Of a DNA stretch of 64,000 nucleotides, positions 24,663-39,408 are shown piece by piece (position 1 is the stretch's first letter; each line of letters begins with the position of its first letter). The position numbers and the translations under genes are program-made. The notes beneath the pieces are model-generated. The model made no database searches. It was not told the origin of the DNA and worked only from the letters and a program-made list of their open reading frames with translations. Source of the DNA: the human T2T-CHM13v2.0 reference genome, Homo sapiens; NCBI GenBank assembly GCA_009914755.4, contig CP068257.2:38240001-38304000 (forward strand), given 5' to 3'.

Positions 24663-27600
24663 TTAAAGGCCATATAAATGCTAAACTCTGTGTGCAAATG
24701 TCCTCGAATTCTGATTCCAACTGTCTTTATCGAGTGCTGGTTGTTTATCCAGGTGAAAGCATCCGCTGGCCAGTTTTGTCCCACGTCTTTTTCTATCAAG
24801 TCTTTGGTCCTCACTTCTTCTTCCTGAGTATGTCCGGAGGGAACAGAATGCAGATGTACTAGGCTTTTCAATTAAAGAAACATTTTTGTATGCTGGGCTT
24901 TGGAAATAAAGAGGTCTACCTTAGTAATTCCGGGATCAATATGTGCAGATAGGAAGTAATTTGGTGGTGTGACCTTTGGCCATTTGTAAGTGCCTTGTCC
25001 CTGGAAAACAATGTTTAAATTGGAATTGGGTTTGTTTTCCAGCCAATTAAATCCTTCTGGATTTCAGAGGAATTTGAAACAAAATATGGAACAAATATCT
25101 ATTATGAAGGAGGCACAGCTGTTAGATGAGTTGGTTGTTGGTATTGGTGGTCGTGTGTGCATTTTATTTTTTTTTGTGGGAGAGTAGAATTTTCACTTCT
25201 GCGGGGAGCATCTGATCAAATGGCCCATATAACTTTTACCTGTCTGCTAATCTGAGTCTCAATCCACTTCTTGGGCTGTGACAGCTGATTTAGGACAAAA
25301 CATTCCTTTTCTTCCAAAAGTATACAATCTTGGGCTTCTACTGTTTTCTGAAGCTATTTTTGTTCTAGTTGAATGTTGGGGGGAGAAACCTGGCTATTTG
25401 TTTATTATTATACCAAAAAAGAAAGTCTCCAGCTTCTGAAGCTTGGGGCACTCACTGTTAGAGAAACATGTTTGGCAGCACACAGGGCCAAATAAACTAC
25501 ACACCTGCATTTCATTACAACAGGTCATTGCGGGAACAGTGGCATTAGCCTCCATAGGAAAAGGGTTTGCATGGGGGTCTAGGAAGCCAGTTAAACACAT
25601 GAAAAACACATTGAGACACCTGGACAGAGTGATTTATGAAGCAAGAACTGTTTTCATGGTGCCAGGGTCCTGTCCTCGCAGATGCATGAAACGTACATCT
25701 GCAGTTCTGACATCACAGCGGACACGGGACTCTGAGTGATGCATTACTGAGTTCCCTGACAATGTGAAATGCATTTGTCCCGTTTTTTCCTAAAATGGCC
25801 CACCTATTTTCAAATGCAGAGTCCTGTGCGATGTCATACATTTCCACAATGTTGCTTTAAAATAAGAGAGGGCAGGAAACGTGATTCCGACTCTGCACCC
25901 AGATGGACTGAGGCATAATATGTCTGCATCGTTGATGGCAGAAAGTGGGCGTCCAAGTCAGGTTTTCCGTCTTCCAAGCCAATCTTTCCCCTTCTAGACC
26001 GGAAAGATTAAATGGCAAGTAGAACACCAAGTCAATCTGCCCAGACTCAAATTCCATTCCCTGACCCCCTCACATAGCTGTAACATGCTTGGGCATAATC
26101 CTAAGCCTCTCTGTGTCTCAAGTTTTCTCTCCATCCAGTCGGGATAAAGGCAGTAGCCACCTTGTAGTAGGCTTGTTTCCATGAGAGTGTTTAGCTGCTC
26201 TTACTATGACTGAAAAAACATAGCTGCTTGCATTTGCAGACAGAGCCTTGTGACTTGGTGCAAAGAAAGGAAAACATCTTTGCCGAACTTGGAGGTCTCA
26301 TCTATTCACTCAGCTCTAAATATGGGCTTCTCTTGAATAACCGCAGGTTTGGCCTGTGTGCTTTCTTTCTCACGCCTTTTTGTTCACTTGATGAGGATGC
26401 CGAGTGCAGCGGTACATTACGCTTGGCTCAACCGTGGCAGAGCCAATGTGGCCATGGTGAGAGATCATTCAGGATGGATGACTGCTTAGGGACTGGCAGG
26501 GCAAGAGTCTCCCAGCTGTTGCGGCATTTCATCCTGTGGTCTTTGGTCATTCTTTGGCTTTTATCTGAGTACACCCGGCATGGCATTTTACCAGCTGTAC
26601 TGGGGAGGACTGGGGGAATGGAAAGCTGGCATTACTGCTGAAAGCAAAGAAAAGATGTGTCTTTCTCTGTGGCCGGTTTCTGTAATCCGGGAAGACCCCA
26701 TGTGGGTTTTCTGATCTCATGTCAGCTTCCCTAGTTGAAGTATAAAATTGCTAGAAGAACCACATCATCCTCGGAGGGACAGGCAGGCATCCTTAGTGTT
26801 CTTGAAATGATTACATCGTCAGTTTCATTTAGTTCTAGAAGACTGGCCCTGCCTGTTGGTTTTTCCCCTAATCGTCTGTGTAAGAAAGACTTACCCTTAA
26901 ATGGGTGAGTTACAGGCAGGGCTCAGTTTCTGTCATTACACTGATCTTTCATTGACAGTTTTCCACCCTCTGTTACTCTTGGCATCGGGCTGGTCAGCCA
27001 TAACTTCTAGGGATGGGGAGAGAAATCGAATCTCTTCTATTCTTCTCTGTACTGCTTCAATCTGGCAACTTCTACGTAGACTGTGAGAATATAACCTTGT
27101 AATAAACATTTGGGTCTCTTTGCCTTTGTCCGAGAGCCCACTGTTATTTTTTTTCTAATCACAGCAGCTGCTCTAGCTAGCATCTGGCTCATATACCAGC
27201 AGCCTTTATTCTGAGACTAATCTAAGGATTCAACACCAATTCAGGAAGGCAATCAAAGAAGTGGGTTGGATGGACAAGTATTTCTTTGTGTACAGTTCAG
27301 ATGCAGAAGGTGGTAGACACCTACATTGATGCATTGTCCTAGCATCCTACAGATCCATGGGGTTGCCAAGGGTGGCTTGGTGGGGTTGGGGGGTGCAGGT
27401 GAATTTGGCTGTAGCTGGCATAAATGGAGGTGCTTGCATGTTGATTCCTGGGCCCTTTGACCCAACCTCTGGTTTGGGGAGAGGCTGCTGATTAGAGCAG
27501 ATGCACACACCTTGTAACAGGGCCACTGAGTTCTCCCAGTCTTCCATCCACATTTCTTCTTTGTCATCAGCGTTCCCTCCTCCTGTATTTTCCCTTTCTA

Positions 27601-28084
27601 GAAAAAAATATGAGCTGTGATTTGTACAAAACACACAAAATGCATCCGTTGGAATCAGAGATCCAGGAAACTTCAGCTGAAATTAACAACTTCGTAACAC
27701 AGGTAGAGCCTACGTCCTTCATGAGAAAAATGACACAAATCTCAGTATTCTTTGTTTGGAGTCTCTTGACATCCATGTGAGGTACATATTTTCTGTATTC
27801 TATTTTATTTTAATTCACCATGAAAAAGAAACTGGTCAAATAAAGAAGCCAAGGCTTTGAGGAGCAGAATCATTTATTTGTGGTGATTCAGCCATATTTA
27901 CTCCCAGTGTTTCAACTGTGAGCTCAATGCACTGTTTTCATTACTTTTACTATATTGCAAGTTGAATACAATGAAAAAAAAAGGAGAAACATCTCTTCTT
28001 AAGCCTGTTTTACCATTATTTTGCTCTCTGATTTTTCTTAGAAACCAAATCCATGCAATGTGAGTGTTTTTATCTCATTTAGTT

Positions 28085-28230
28085 CTCACACATTAATGAG
28101 GTGGGTATATTGTTATTCTCATTTAATAAAAACAGACACTGAGGCTCAGAGAAGTTAAGTGACCTGAACTGGGCCACACAGCTGCTGGGGACCAGGGCTG
28201 GGATTACCTGGGTAGTTGGATTCCAGCACA
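28085..28230 (+). mobile_element. MIR SINE fragment
   Basis: …ttattctcatttaataaaaacagacactgaggctcagagaagttaagtgacctgaactgggccacacagctgctggggaccagggctgggatt…. Confidence 0.6.
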
Positions 28231-28277
28231 CTTATTTTTGAGGTTAAGTTTATTAAGGTGTAATTTACATGTGGTAA

Positions 28278-28652
<375 letters not shown>

Positions 28653-28659
28653 TAGACTA

Positions 28660-28982
<323 letters not shown>

Positions 28983-29964
28983 TTATTCTATCACCTGAAA
29001 AGTTTATTTGTGTGCTTATAGTCAGTCCTTTCTTTCTACCCTTGGCCCTAGAGCCCACATTCTTCACCAGCACACCTTAAATAAAAATAAGCCCAATTAC
29101 GATGCAAGGTATTTACACCGTTTTGAGTATAGCATGATCATATCAGCTTTTAAGTCAATTAAATCTCATAGTGCGACAGTTTATAAATGTTACTTTATAA
29201 TGAATAGCTGAAGTATAGAAAAGTAACAAAATGACACCAGAGTGACCTATGTTCCTGGTCCTTGTAAATTATGCCAGGATCTCTGACTGCAGGGAGGGCA
29301 TTCAATGAATGGGAACGCTTTTGATTCTGAACAGCAGCCTTAGCCAGAGCCGTTAAATGGGTTTCTGTCCTGCTCCTTCTCAAACTGACACTGAGCAAGC
29401 GCCACCTGCTCCTGCTCCAGGGGGCTATTCAACCATGTAGTCCCAGGGGAGCCAGGGCTGTGGGAGGTGTTGGTTGCTAAGAAGCAACGAGCCTGAGGCC
29501 TAGCCGCGAGCCTGAGGCCCAGCGGAGCTCCCGGTTGCCCTCCCTCTGCTCTGACCACAGCTTGTCCCTCTGCCAGGCGCTGCCCTCACAAGGCAGCCGA
29601 GAAGGACATCAGGCTGGCGGCTGGGGAAACCTCTGGCTCGGGGCTGGAGAAACAGTTCTGGGCATGTGGTTGAGGGAGGACACATCTCTTCTTTCTAGCC
29701 CAGGGAGTGTCCTACCTCCATGTGGTTTGGGGTTCAGGAGAGAATTCAGCCCATGCCCGTGGAGTCACATCCCCCTGCAGAGGGCACACACCCAAGCTGC
29801 GCTGAAGGAGATGCCCTCCCCTGTGCCCTGGGCATCCCCCAAAGCCAGGCACCCTCTCCCTCCCCTGGGACAGGACGCCAGGACAGGCCCCAGAGCCTGG
29901 GAGCCAGACTTTGCCCGGCTTTCTTTCCTGAGCGTGCTTCTATCAGCTCCTGTGGATGAGTCTG

Positions 29965-30770
<806 letters not shown>

Positions 30771-33549
30771 GTGACAGGTATGAAATATGTAAGATTTGAA
30801 AAGTCAGAGGGAGCTCCAAATGAACTCAACAGTGTGGGCTGGACATTTCACTGTGAAATCTGTGAAATTAGAAGAGTCCACACAGAAGTCATTAAATAGC
30901 AACTGTTCCTTAAGTTGTAATGTATATCTTTATGAAATTATATATATGGCATGTGGTTGGTTTTATAAAAGAGAGACTATATATATGTCCACCTATAAGA
31001 AGATGAAAAGAAAATATTCTGAAGTATTAACATGGATTAACTCTGATTAGTTGAATTGTAGGTGGCTTTTTGCATTTTTCCTTGCTCATTTATGTTCCAA
31101 AAATTTCACAACGGCCATATCCTACTTTTGCAAATAGAAAACAGTGTTCTTCAGCATGAAAATTGGCACAAAGAAGAATTTTTTTAAAGTAGAAAATGCG
31201 AATTTTAAAAATATAGCTGTGAAAAAAAGTATAAAATTAATTCCAATAAAATAAATCGTGGATACCTGAAAATGATGGTACGTTTATAAATGGTTTGCCT
31301 AAACTGCAGTGATGCTAATTAATTCTCTTACCATAAAGGTCAGGATAAAAAAATGACAGGAATAGAACGTAGTATTTGAGGCAGAATTTCAGCCTTTGGG
31401 TCTTCCAGAGGTGAGAATGAAAGAAGAGAGGAGGAATTAGAAAGGTTAATGCCTTTGTCATTGAAAATCCCATCACTTTTTTTTAACCAACTTTTTTTTT
31501 TGTTTTTTGGTTTTTTTTTTTTTAAAAAACCTTCTAGCTGAAGTTTTCTTTTGACATGAATTTCTACACCTTTAGGGATTAAATTAATGCTCAATTTTTG
31601 GAATGTTATTAGGAGAATTATAGATGACAAAAATATCACTGGCGAGAAATTAAATCTTTTCTGTCTCTGTCACAAAATGTAGGCATAAAAGTCTCTTCTG
31701 CTCATCAGACAAATTCAGCAACTTTGATTTTGAAGTTGCCTTTGATGATAGGTCTTCAATGTTCCTGAGAATCCATTTGCTTAATGATCGAGGTGGCCTC
31801 AAGCAGTCTTCAGCTACGTGCTTACCTGCCCGGCTGTTGATGCCATTTCACTGTGCAATCCCTGTGCTTTGCTTCTCTGTTCATTCAAAGATGGATCATC
31901 TAAGAGCCTGATTAGCCTTCGTCAAAATAACATTACATATAATACCATAGTAACAGGCCTTTTTGTTTCTTTATAAACAGGGTGATTCAGAGAAAGCAGA
32001 CAAGAAACCCTTAGAAGGGCTTACTGGGGTGACTGGAGGCAGTCCTGCATTTTGTGTCTCTGCTGTGTGGGGTATTAATTGTGCGAGGAATATGCAATAT
32101 CTGAAACTTCATGGTCCCCATGTGCAATATATACCAAAGATATGCGGATTCGTGTTTTTCCCCTTTTTTGTGATCCATCTAGGGAACTGCTTGTCGAGAT
32201 GCTGCCATTCCAGGGGAGCTAAAAACCCTGAAACCATTAGAAGTGTTGATATCAGGATGCTACAGCACAAAAAGAAGACAGCACTGTGGAGAAAAATAAC
32301 TTACGAGAAGACACAGCACCGGGGGATAGACGCTGTTAAGTAGCACTTGCTAACAAGAGCTTTCAAGCCACCATGAGAACGAGATGGATTTATTTTCCTT
32401 CCTTTGCAGAATCTCAGCAACTCTGTGGTAGACAGGGGCCAACAGAAGTCAGACGTTGGGAATGGGGGGCAAAATTTTAAAGAGGACTCAGGAACAAATA
32501 CTTCCTTTCTTTTCATAAACCACCCATTTAACATCACTCAACAATGGCTGTTGTGGTAAACGCTGTCACTGATGGATAAGTGGGGGGAGCGTGGCTGCTG
32601 GGTCCAGGCTCCTTAGATGTGGCCAGTAGGAGGCATGGATTATCATTTTTCTTTGGCAGGGAGGGAACTGAGACTTCAATGAGGAATTTCTCCAGTGATA
32701 CGCAGCTGGTGGGGACAGTCAGTGGTTGGCACACCTCCCTCAAGAGCTGACAGCGGTGTGAGTTAGGGGACTCCCCCGCTGCCCCCGATGTCAATCATTC
32801 TTGGGTCTCAGCTCCTCCCCTCCACGCTGAGATGGTTGCTTTATTCTCTGCCCGGCCCTCCAGGCTGTGAGCCACCAAAGTGGAAGCAGTGGGTCCCTTC
32901 TGCTTGGGACCCTCGGGCCCAGCCCAGGACCTGGCTCAGCAAAGGCAAAAATGAACAGTCCAGGAGTTGGTCCCCTGACCTGGCTGAGTCTGGGTACCTG
33001 TCTGACCCTGTACCCGTGACTTTTTCTCCTGACAGCTTTGCACATTGGTAAAGGTACCTAATTTCTACGTTTCACTTTAAAAAGTAGTCTTTACTTCTTA
33101 GCCTGGGAGACACCACAGTCCTTTAACTAGAGAAGTTTTCCTGTGCCGTAGCCGTGAGAGGCTGACAGCAAGACTGGGAGGAGCCCATTTCACTTCCATC
33201 CCTGCGTGGCTTGATCACGGGGCCGAGAGGGAACGCCTCTGTGAGCCAGGGGCCTCTGTGGGTCCAGTTGTCCCTTGTCCCCTGTGGATCTGGCAGCATG
33301 AGGATGCTCTCTTTCTTTCTAGTGTTGCCAAAGCCAGATTCATGAATAAAGCTCTTACGAATATTTGGTGGCCACATAGGCAAGTCTACTGGGGAGATGG
33401 GAAAGAAAGGGAGGAGTGTATGGCACCCTAAGAAATTTGGAGATGACCTGGGCCCTGACAGCTTCAGAAGCCTCCTTATTCCCTAACCCTTAGGGGTCTT
33501 CAAAAGTGGTGAGCCCCCCGCCCAGTCCAACCATATCTCACCAAATTAA

Positions 33550-33869
<320 letters not shown>

Positions 33870-34498
33870 TCAAACCAAGTTCTTAGAGTGAATACAGATT
33901 TACCCACTTAAATGCTAGAGGCATACATTCAGAAAAAAATATTATTAGACTGCAGTTTGGACCCCAAATTTAACCAGCTGGAATTCATTTCACATTTCAT
34001 ACTCTTCAATCTCTGGAATGAAAAATACGTGTCTTTTAATGGGAACTTGTATTTTATCCTAAAGATGGAACAAAGTGTACTGGGCTGAATTATTTCCCAA
34101 ATAGGCATGATCTGTCTCGTGTTCTGGGTTATGATAAATGATAAAACAGGTTTGGGTGAGTTGGCTTCTAACTGATGTATGAATAGCACACTGATTTTAT
34201 GGGTATAGACAACAAAGGGTGGAAGCGAGGCCTTCCACTGCAGCATTCTAGAAGTCGTGTAATAAACACTCTCAAAACAACCACAGAAGTCCTTCAGGCC
34301 CAGGCATGGCCCATGATACAATGAAAAGGTTTCAATGACTGTATTAGAATAATTTTCTGAAAGCTTGGAATTACTGGGTTTCTCCAATCTTTTCCTTACT
34401 TCAGGGAGACATAGTGACTAGAGTTGGATTGAGCCACACTGAAGCCCAAGACAGAAGGAAATATCGGTCATTCCAATCCTGTCTATTTCAAATTTTAA

Positions 34499-34829
<331 letters not shown>

Positions 34830-35679
34830 TAATATTTTGTTCATCATGACTTTTTGCAGTACTTTTTATTTGAAAAATATTGCGTTAACATATGATTTAT
34901 TTTGATTACTGAGTTTCTTGGAGCCCTCTTAAATTTTGTGCCCAGGGGAAATGCCTTGCTTGCCTTATCCAGTGGTGGCTATTTCAAGAACACTGTGATT
35001 TTGTAATGGATTTCACAAGGAAGAATAGTAGACTGAGAAGTAATTGAGTTTTTTGTTTTCAAAGGAATTTGTTTGTGGGACTGTTAGTGATGTTTGGGAT
35101 GCCAGCACATTTTCTGTTCAAGCCCTGAACTGAAGACCTAGGTATTGATGATGTTGCACAGCTCCTAAATGTAGCATACTTATGTTCAGACATATCTTTA
35201 TGTCCATTCTAAGCTCAAAGTACAGACAGAAATGGATCCAAGGCCAACTATTCACGTGGAACTTGATGTGGTCTGTTCAACTAGCAGGGTATTGAATATG
35301 AAGGGATTGTTTGTGATTTTGCAACTTAGTGAAAAAAAAATAGTCACCCAGCCTTGTCTATGTGCTGAGTCAGACACCTCTCATGTGTCACTAGGCCCTC
35401 TCTGAGGACCCCCGTGGGTGGCTGCCTCAGCGTGGGCTCTGCAGACTTCAGGCAGGTACACAGTAACAGCATGTCATCTCCTGCCCACATCAATCACCTC
35501 CACCTCCACCCCTTGCCTTGGGGCTTCCTCATCAACCCAGGCAGATGCAAGGTGCAAGACTTTGCATGGTCCAGATGCATGGGGAATTGGTGCTCTGTGG
35601 AGCACCTTGGATCAACGAGAGATGGCAGCTGGTGGTGTAGGGTCCAGCCCTACGGGGCTTAGCGGGTATTCTCCTCGTG

Positions 35680-36705
35680 TGTGGAGACAAGAGATTGTAA
35701 TAAATAAAGGCATAAGACGAAGAGATAAAGAGAAAACAGCTGGGCCTGGGGGACCACTACCATCAAGGCGCGTAGACCGGCAGTGGCCCCGAACGGCTGG
35801 GCTGGCCGTTATTTATTGCATACAAGACAAGGGGGCAGGGTAAGGAGGGTGAATCTTCTAAGTGATTGACAAGGTGAAGCAAGTCACGTGATTACAGGAT
35901 AGGGGGCCCTTCCCTTTTAGGTAGCCGAAGCAGAGAGAGAAGGCAGCATAGGTCAGCGTTTTCTTCTCTGCACTTATAAGAAAGATCAAAGACTTTAAGA
36001 CTTTCACTATTTCTTCTACTGCTATCTACTACGAACTTCAAAGAGGAACCAGGAGTACGGGAGGAGCATGAAAGTGGACAAGGAGTGTGACCATTGAAGC
36101 ACAGCACCACAGGGAGGGGTTTAGGCCTCCGGATGACTGCAGGCAGGCCTGGATAATATCCAGCCTTCCACAAGAAGCTGGTGGAGCAGAGCGTTCCCTG
36201 ACTCCTCCAAGGAAAGGAGACTCCCTTTTGCGGTCTGCTAAGTAACAGGTGCCTTCCCAGACACTGGCGTTACCGCTTGATCAAGGAGCCCTCAAGCGGC
36301 CCCTATGCGGGCGTGACAGAGGGCTCACCTCTTGCCTTCTAGGTCACTTCTCACAATGTCCCTTCAGCACCTCACCCCATGTCCGCCGGTTATTCCTAGG
36401 TTATATCAGTAATGCAACAAAGAGTAATATTAAAAGCTAATGATTAATAATGTTTATAATAATGATTGATAATTGTTCATGATCATCTCTACATCTAATT
36501 TGTATTATGACTATCCTTATTCTAACTATTTTCTTTATTATACTGAAACAGTTTGTGCCTTCAGTCTCTTGCCTTGGCACCTAGGTAATCCTCCACCCCA
36601 CGGTGGATAACTTTTTAGTCTTCTCCCTAGAGCCTCTGTCCTCAGACACAGTTCACACAGCTCTCGGGGGCCACACTGCAAGATCAGCATTTAGAATTTT
36701 GTGTT
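35680..36705 (+). mobile_element. CpG-rich ERV solo LTR (~1 kb), probably LTR12/HERV9-family, same orientation as PCP4
   Basis: Starts with TG (tgtggagacaagagattgtaataaataaagg…). Internal TATA-like cttataagaaag. The AT-rich segment aataatgtttataataatgattgataattg is typical of LTR12. Many retained CpGs (aaggcgcgtagaccggcagtggccccgaacggctgggctggccgtt…atgcgggcgtgacag…tccgccggtt). The family assignment is from memory of the consensus and is unverified. Confidence 0.45.
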
Positions 36706-36994
36706 TTAAAACTTTTTTTAAGTTTTAATTTTTGTGGGTACATAGTAGGTGTATATATTTATAGGGGACATGAGACATTTTGATATAGGCATGCAATGTG
36801 AAATAAATACATCATGGAGAATGGGGTATGCATTCCCTTAAGCATGTATCCTTTGAGTTACAAACAATTCAAGTACACTCTTTAAATTGTTTTAAAGTGT
36901 ACAGTTATTATTGACTATCGTCACCCTGTTGTGCTATCAAATAGCAGGTCTTATTTATTCTAACTATTTTTTGTACCTATTAACCATCCCCACC
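36706..36994 (-). mobile_element. L1 (L1PB/L1MA-type) 3' UTR + poly-A; the direct segment of a twin-primed L1 insertion on the minus strand
   Basis: The plus strand reads tttttttaagttttaatttttgtgggtacatagtaggtgtatatatttatagggg…caatgtgaaataaatacatcatggagaatggggta…ttgactatcgtcaccctgttgtgctatcaaatagcaggtcttatttattctaactattttttgtacctattaaccatccccacctccc. This is the reverse complement of the older-primate L1 3' UTR, ending in its poly-A. Confidence 0.6.
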
Positions 36995-37205
36995 TCCCCT
37001 ATTCAGCCGTAAAAAAGAATGAGATCTAGTCATTTGCAACAACATGGATGGAACTGGAGATTATTATGTTAAGGGAAATAAGCCAGTTACAGAAAGACAA
37101 ACATTGCATATTCTTACGTACTTGTCAGGTCTAAAAATCAAAACAATTGAACTCGTAGACACGGAGGGTAGAAGGATGGTTACCCTCCGGGGCTGGGAGG
37201 ATCAG
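36995..37205 (+). mobile_element. L1 ORF2 3'-end fragment; the inverted segment of the same twin-primed L1
   Basis: ctattcagccgtaaaaaagaatgagatctagtcatttgcaacaacatggatggaactggag…atgttaagggaaataagccag…acagaaagacaaacattgcatattct…ctaaaaatcaaaacaattgaactcgtagacacggagggtagaaggatggttaccctccggggctgggagg is the sense L1 ORF2 C-terminal region. In L1 coordinates it sits immediately upstream of the start of the adjacent inverted 3' UTR segment. Confidence 0.6.
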
Positions 37206-39120
37206 CATTTGGTTATACCTCTCAATGGCCAGTCTGATGAAGAATCCTCATAGCAGCTGCCTCTCCACTCCCCACCTTCCCATCCTCTCTCTTTCACTTC
37301 TGGCACTGCCTTCTCTAATAAAACCATAGTGCAACCGACATCTGCCTCATGCTCTGTTTTCTGGGAAACCCAGACTAATATATATTCTTCACTACTTTCC
37401 TGCAGATCTTGGTGCAACAGAACTGTCAGGAAAATTTACTTCAAAAAATTGTACCTTTAAACACCTCTCCTGCCTTTTTATGGATACCGGGCATGTATGA
37501 GATTATCAGAGGAAACAGTTAGATGCACAAGGATCTTCATATACCCATTTGTTATTTAGATTCCCTTTAATTGGGGTTTTATTAGATTCTGAAGCACTCT
37601 ACTTTTATTCACGAACACTGCCAAGAATGGAAACCTCGCTTTCTGAAGCTGTGTGAATTGCTTGGCACGTGTTTAAGAACCCAGAGGCATCTCATCTGCC
37701 TCCTGGATCCTCCTGTGGCCCCTCCAGAGAGTCCCAGCTCATGCACCACCTGCCTGGCACAGGGCCAAGGATGCAGGCTGTGATTGTGAATTCTGGTGTT
37801 GAACCTTAGATGGGTATGTAGCATGTTCTAATGGTGAAATAAGGACAATGTTGAAGGAAGTCATTGTGAGGGAAATATGTCTTTTGTTTGAAAGAGCCCA
37901 GTGGTGTTACTATTTGTGATTGTGAAGGTCAATCCAAGTGGAATACACTGTCTCACAGAGGGCCACCTGTCTTTTGTGGAGGTCTCTGGAGATAAAAATA
38001 GGGACATTGCTCTAACATGTTTAAAGAGGGAGGGCCAGTGTCTCTGATGATGTAGATAGACACAGAGCTGGCTTGAGCACCAGGGACGCTGATTTCAGGC
38101 GGTTGAAGGAGGAAGGGGCTGTCCTTCTTCTAGACTCTTTGGTGAGCATCCAGGAAGATGCCGTGTCTGCATGGGGACAAGGTGTTGTGGAGGGTCCCAA
38201 ACAGGAGCATTTTATGGAAGAGAAGTCATTAGGGTGGGTGTCGGGCTGGAGATGATCAGGAGAAGAATGAGAACATCTGAGCTGAGTATTGTGATATAGA
38301 CTGCAAGACTCATGGTGGCATTCTCCTGGGAGTGGAATTATTAGACAATCTAATGGATCTGGTTTTGCTGTGGTTGAAGTTGATGTGACTTTTTCCTCTA
38401 CTACCCCTCTACTACCTGCTTCCCCAGAAGAAAAGATAGCAAAATCCCACATGTATCAACCCATGCTCTTCTTAGCAGTCATAACTGATTCACTCTCTAG
38501 ATCCCTTGGAAAACATCAAAGAAGATATCTGCTGACAAATTCGCAGATATCTGAATGCATATTCATGAAGCTCTCAAATACTCTAGTCCTTAGTTCTCTA
38601 GATAATTCTAATAGCATATTTTCTACACCTGCATTAAATTGGTCATTGTGGCTATGCATATTTGTTTAGGGAGAACTTGTACTGCCTTCTGCATAACCTA
38701 ACATATTAAGCTATATTGATATCTAAACTGAATGACACATTGGTGGTATTCATGATACCATTGAATCATTTCTGAAATTCCTAAGAAAGAGCTCAGGATT
38801 CCAGAATCTCATATCAGGGTTTGCTCTGAAGCCAATTTATTGTGCCCTGTTTCTTGAATATTTGATTTCATTTATTAGTTCAATGATAATAAATAATACT
38901 TTTGAACTATGACTACTTCTGTTCAGTCGGCAACATATGTTCTTAGGATGATGAACTTGTAGTTGGAGCTCATTCAGAACAGAGATAAGAGATCACATCT
39001 TCTCCTATTTGGGGATGAGAGTGGGGTGGAGAGAAAAGGCAGCCTCTTCCCGAAGATGCTAACTTCTGTCACGTCATGAAAAAGAATCTTTTCGTTGGTT
39101 GCTTAGAGAATGACCTACCT

Positions 39121-39408
39121 CCGTCTGTCTGTTCATTTGACCATCAACCCATCTACCCATCCGTCCACCCATTTATCTACTCATCTGTTCATCTATCCAT
39201 CCATCCATCCATTCATCCACACACCCATTCATCCATCCACCCACCCATCCATCCATCCACCCACTCATCCATCCTTAGGTCCACCCATCCATTCTTCCAT
39301 CCATCCATCCATCCATCCATCCACCCATTCATCCACCTATCCATTCATCTACCCATCCATTCATCCATTCAACTACTCATCCATTCATCTATCCATCCAC
39401 ACATCCAT
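39121..39408. repeat. (GGAT)n/(ATCC)n imperfect tetranucleotide microsatellite (~290 bp)
   Basis: …ccatccatccatccatccatccacccattcatccacc… with TCCA/TCTA/CCCA variants. It produces the spurious 'IHPSIHPS' ORFs in the ORF track. Confidence 0.9.
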
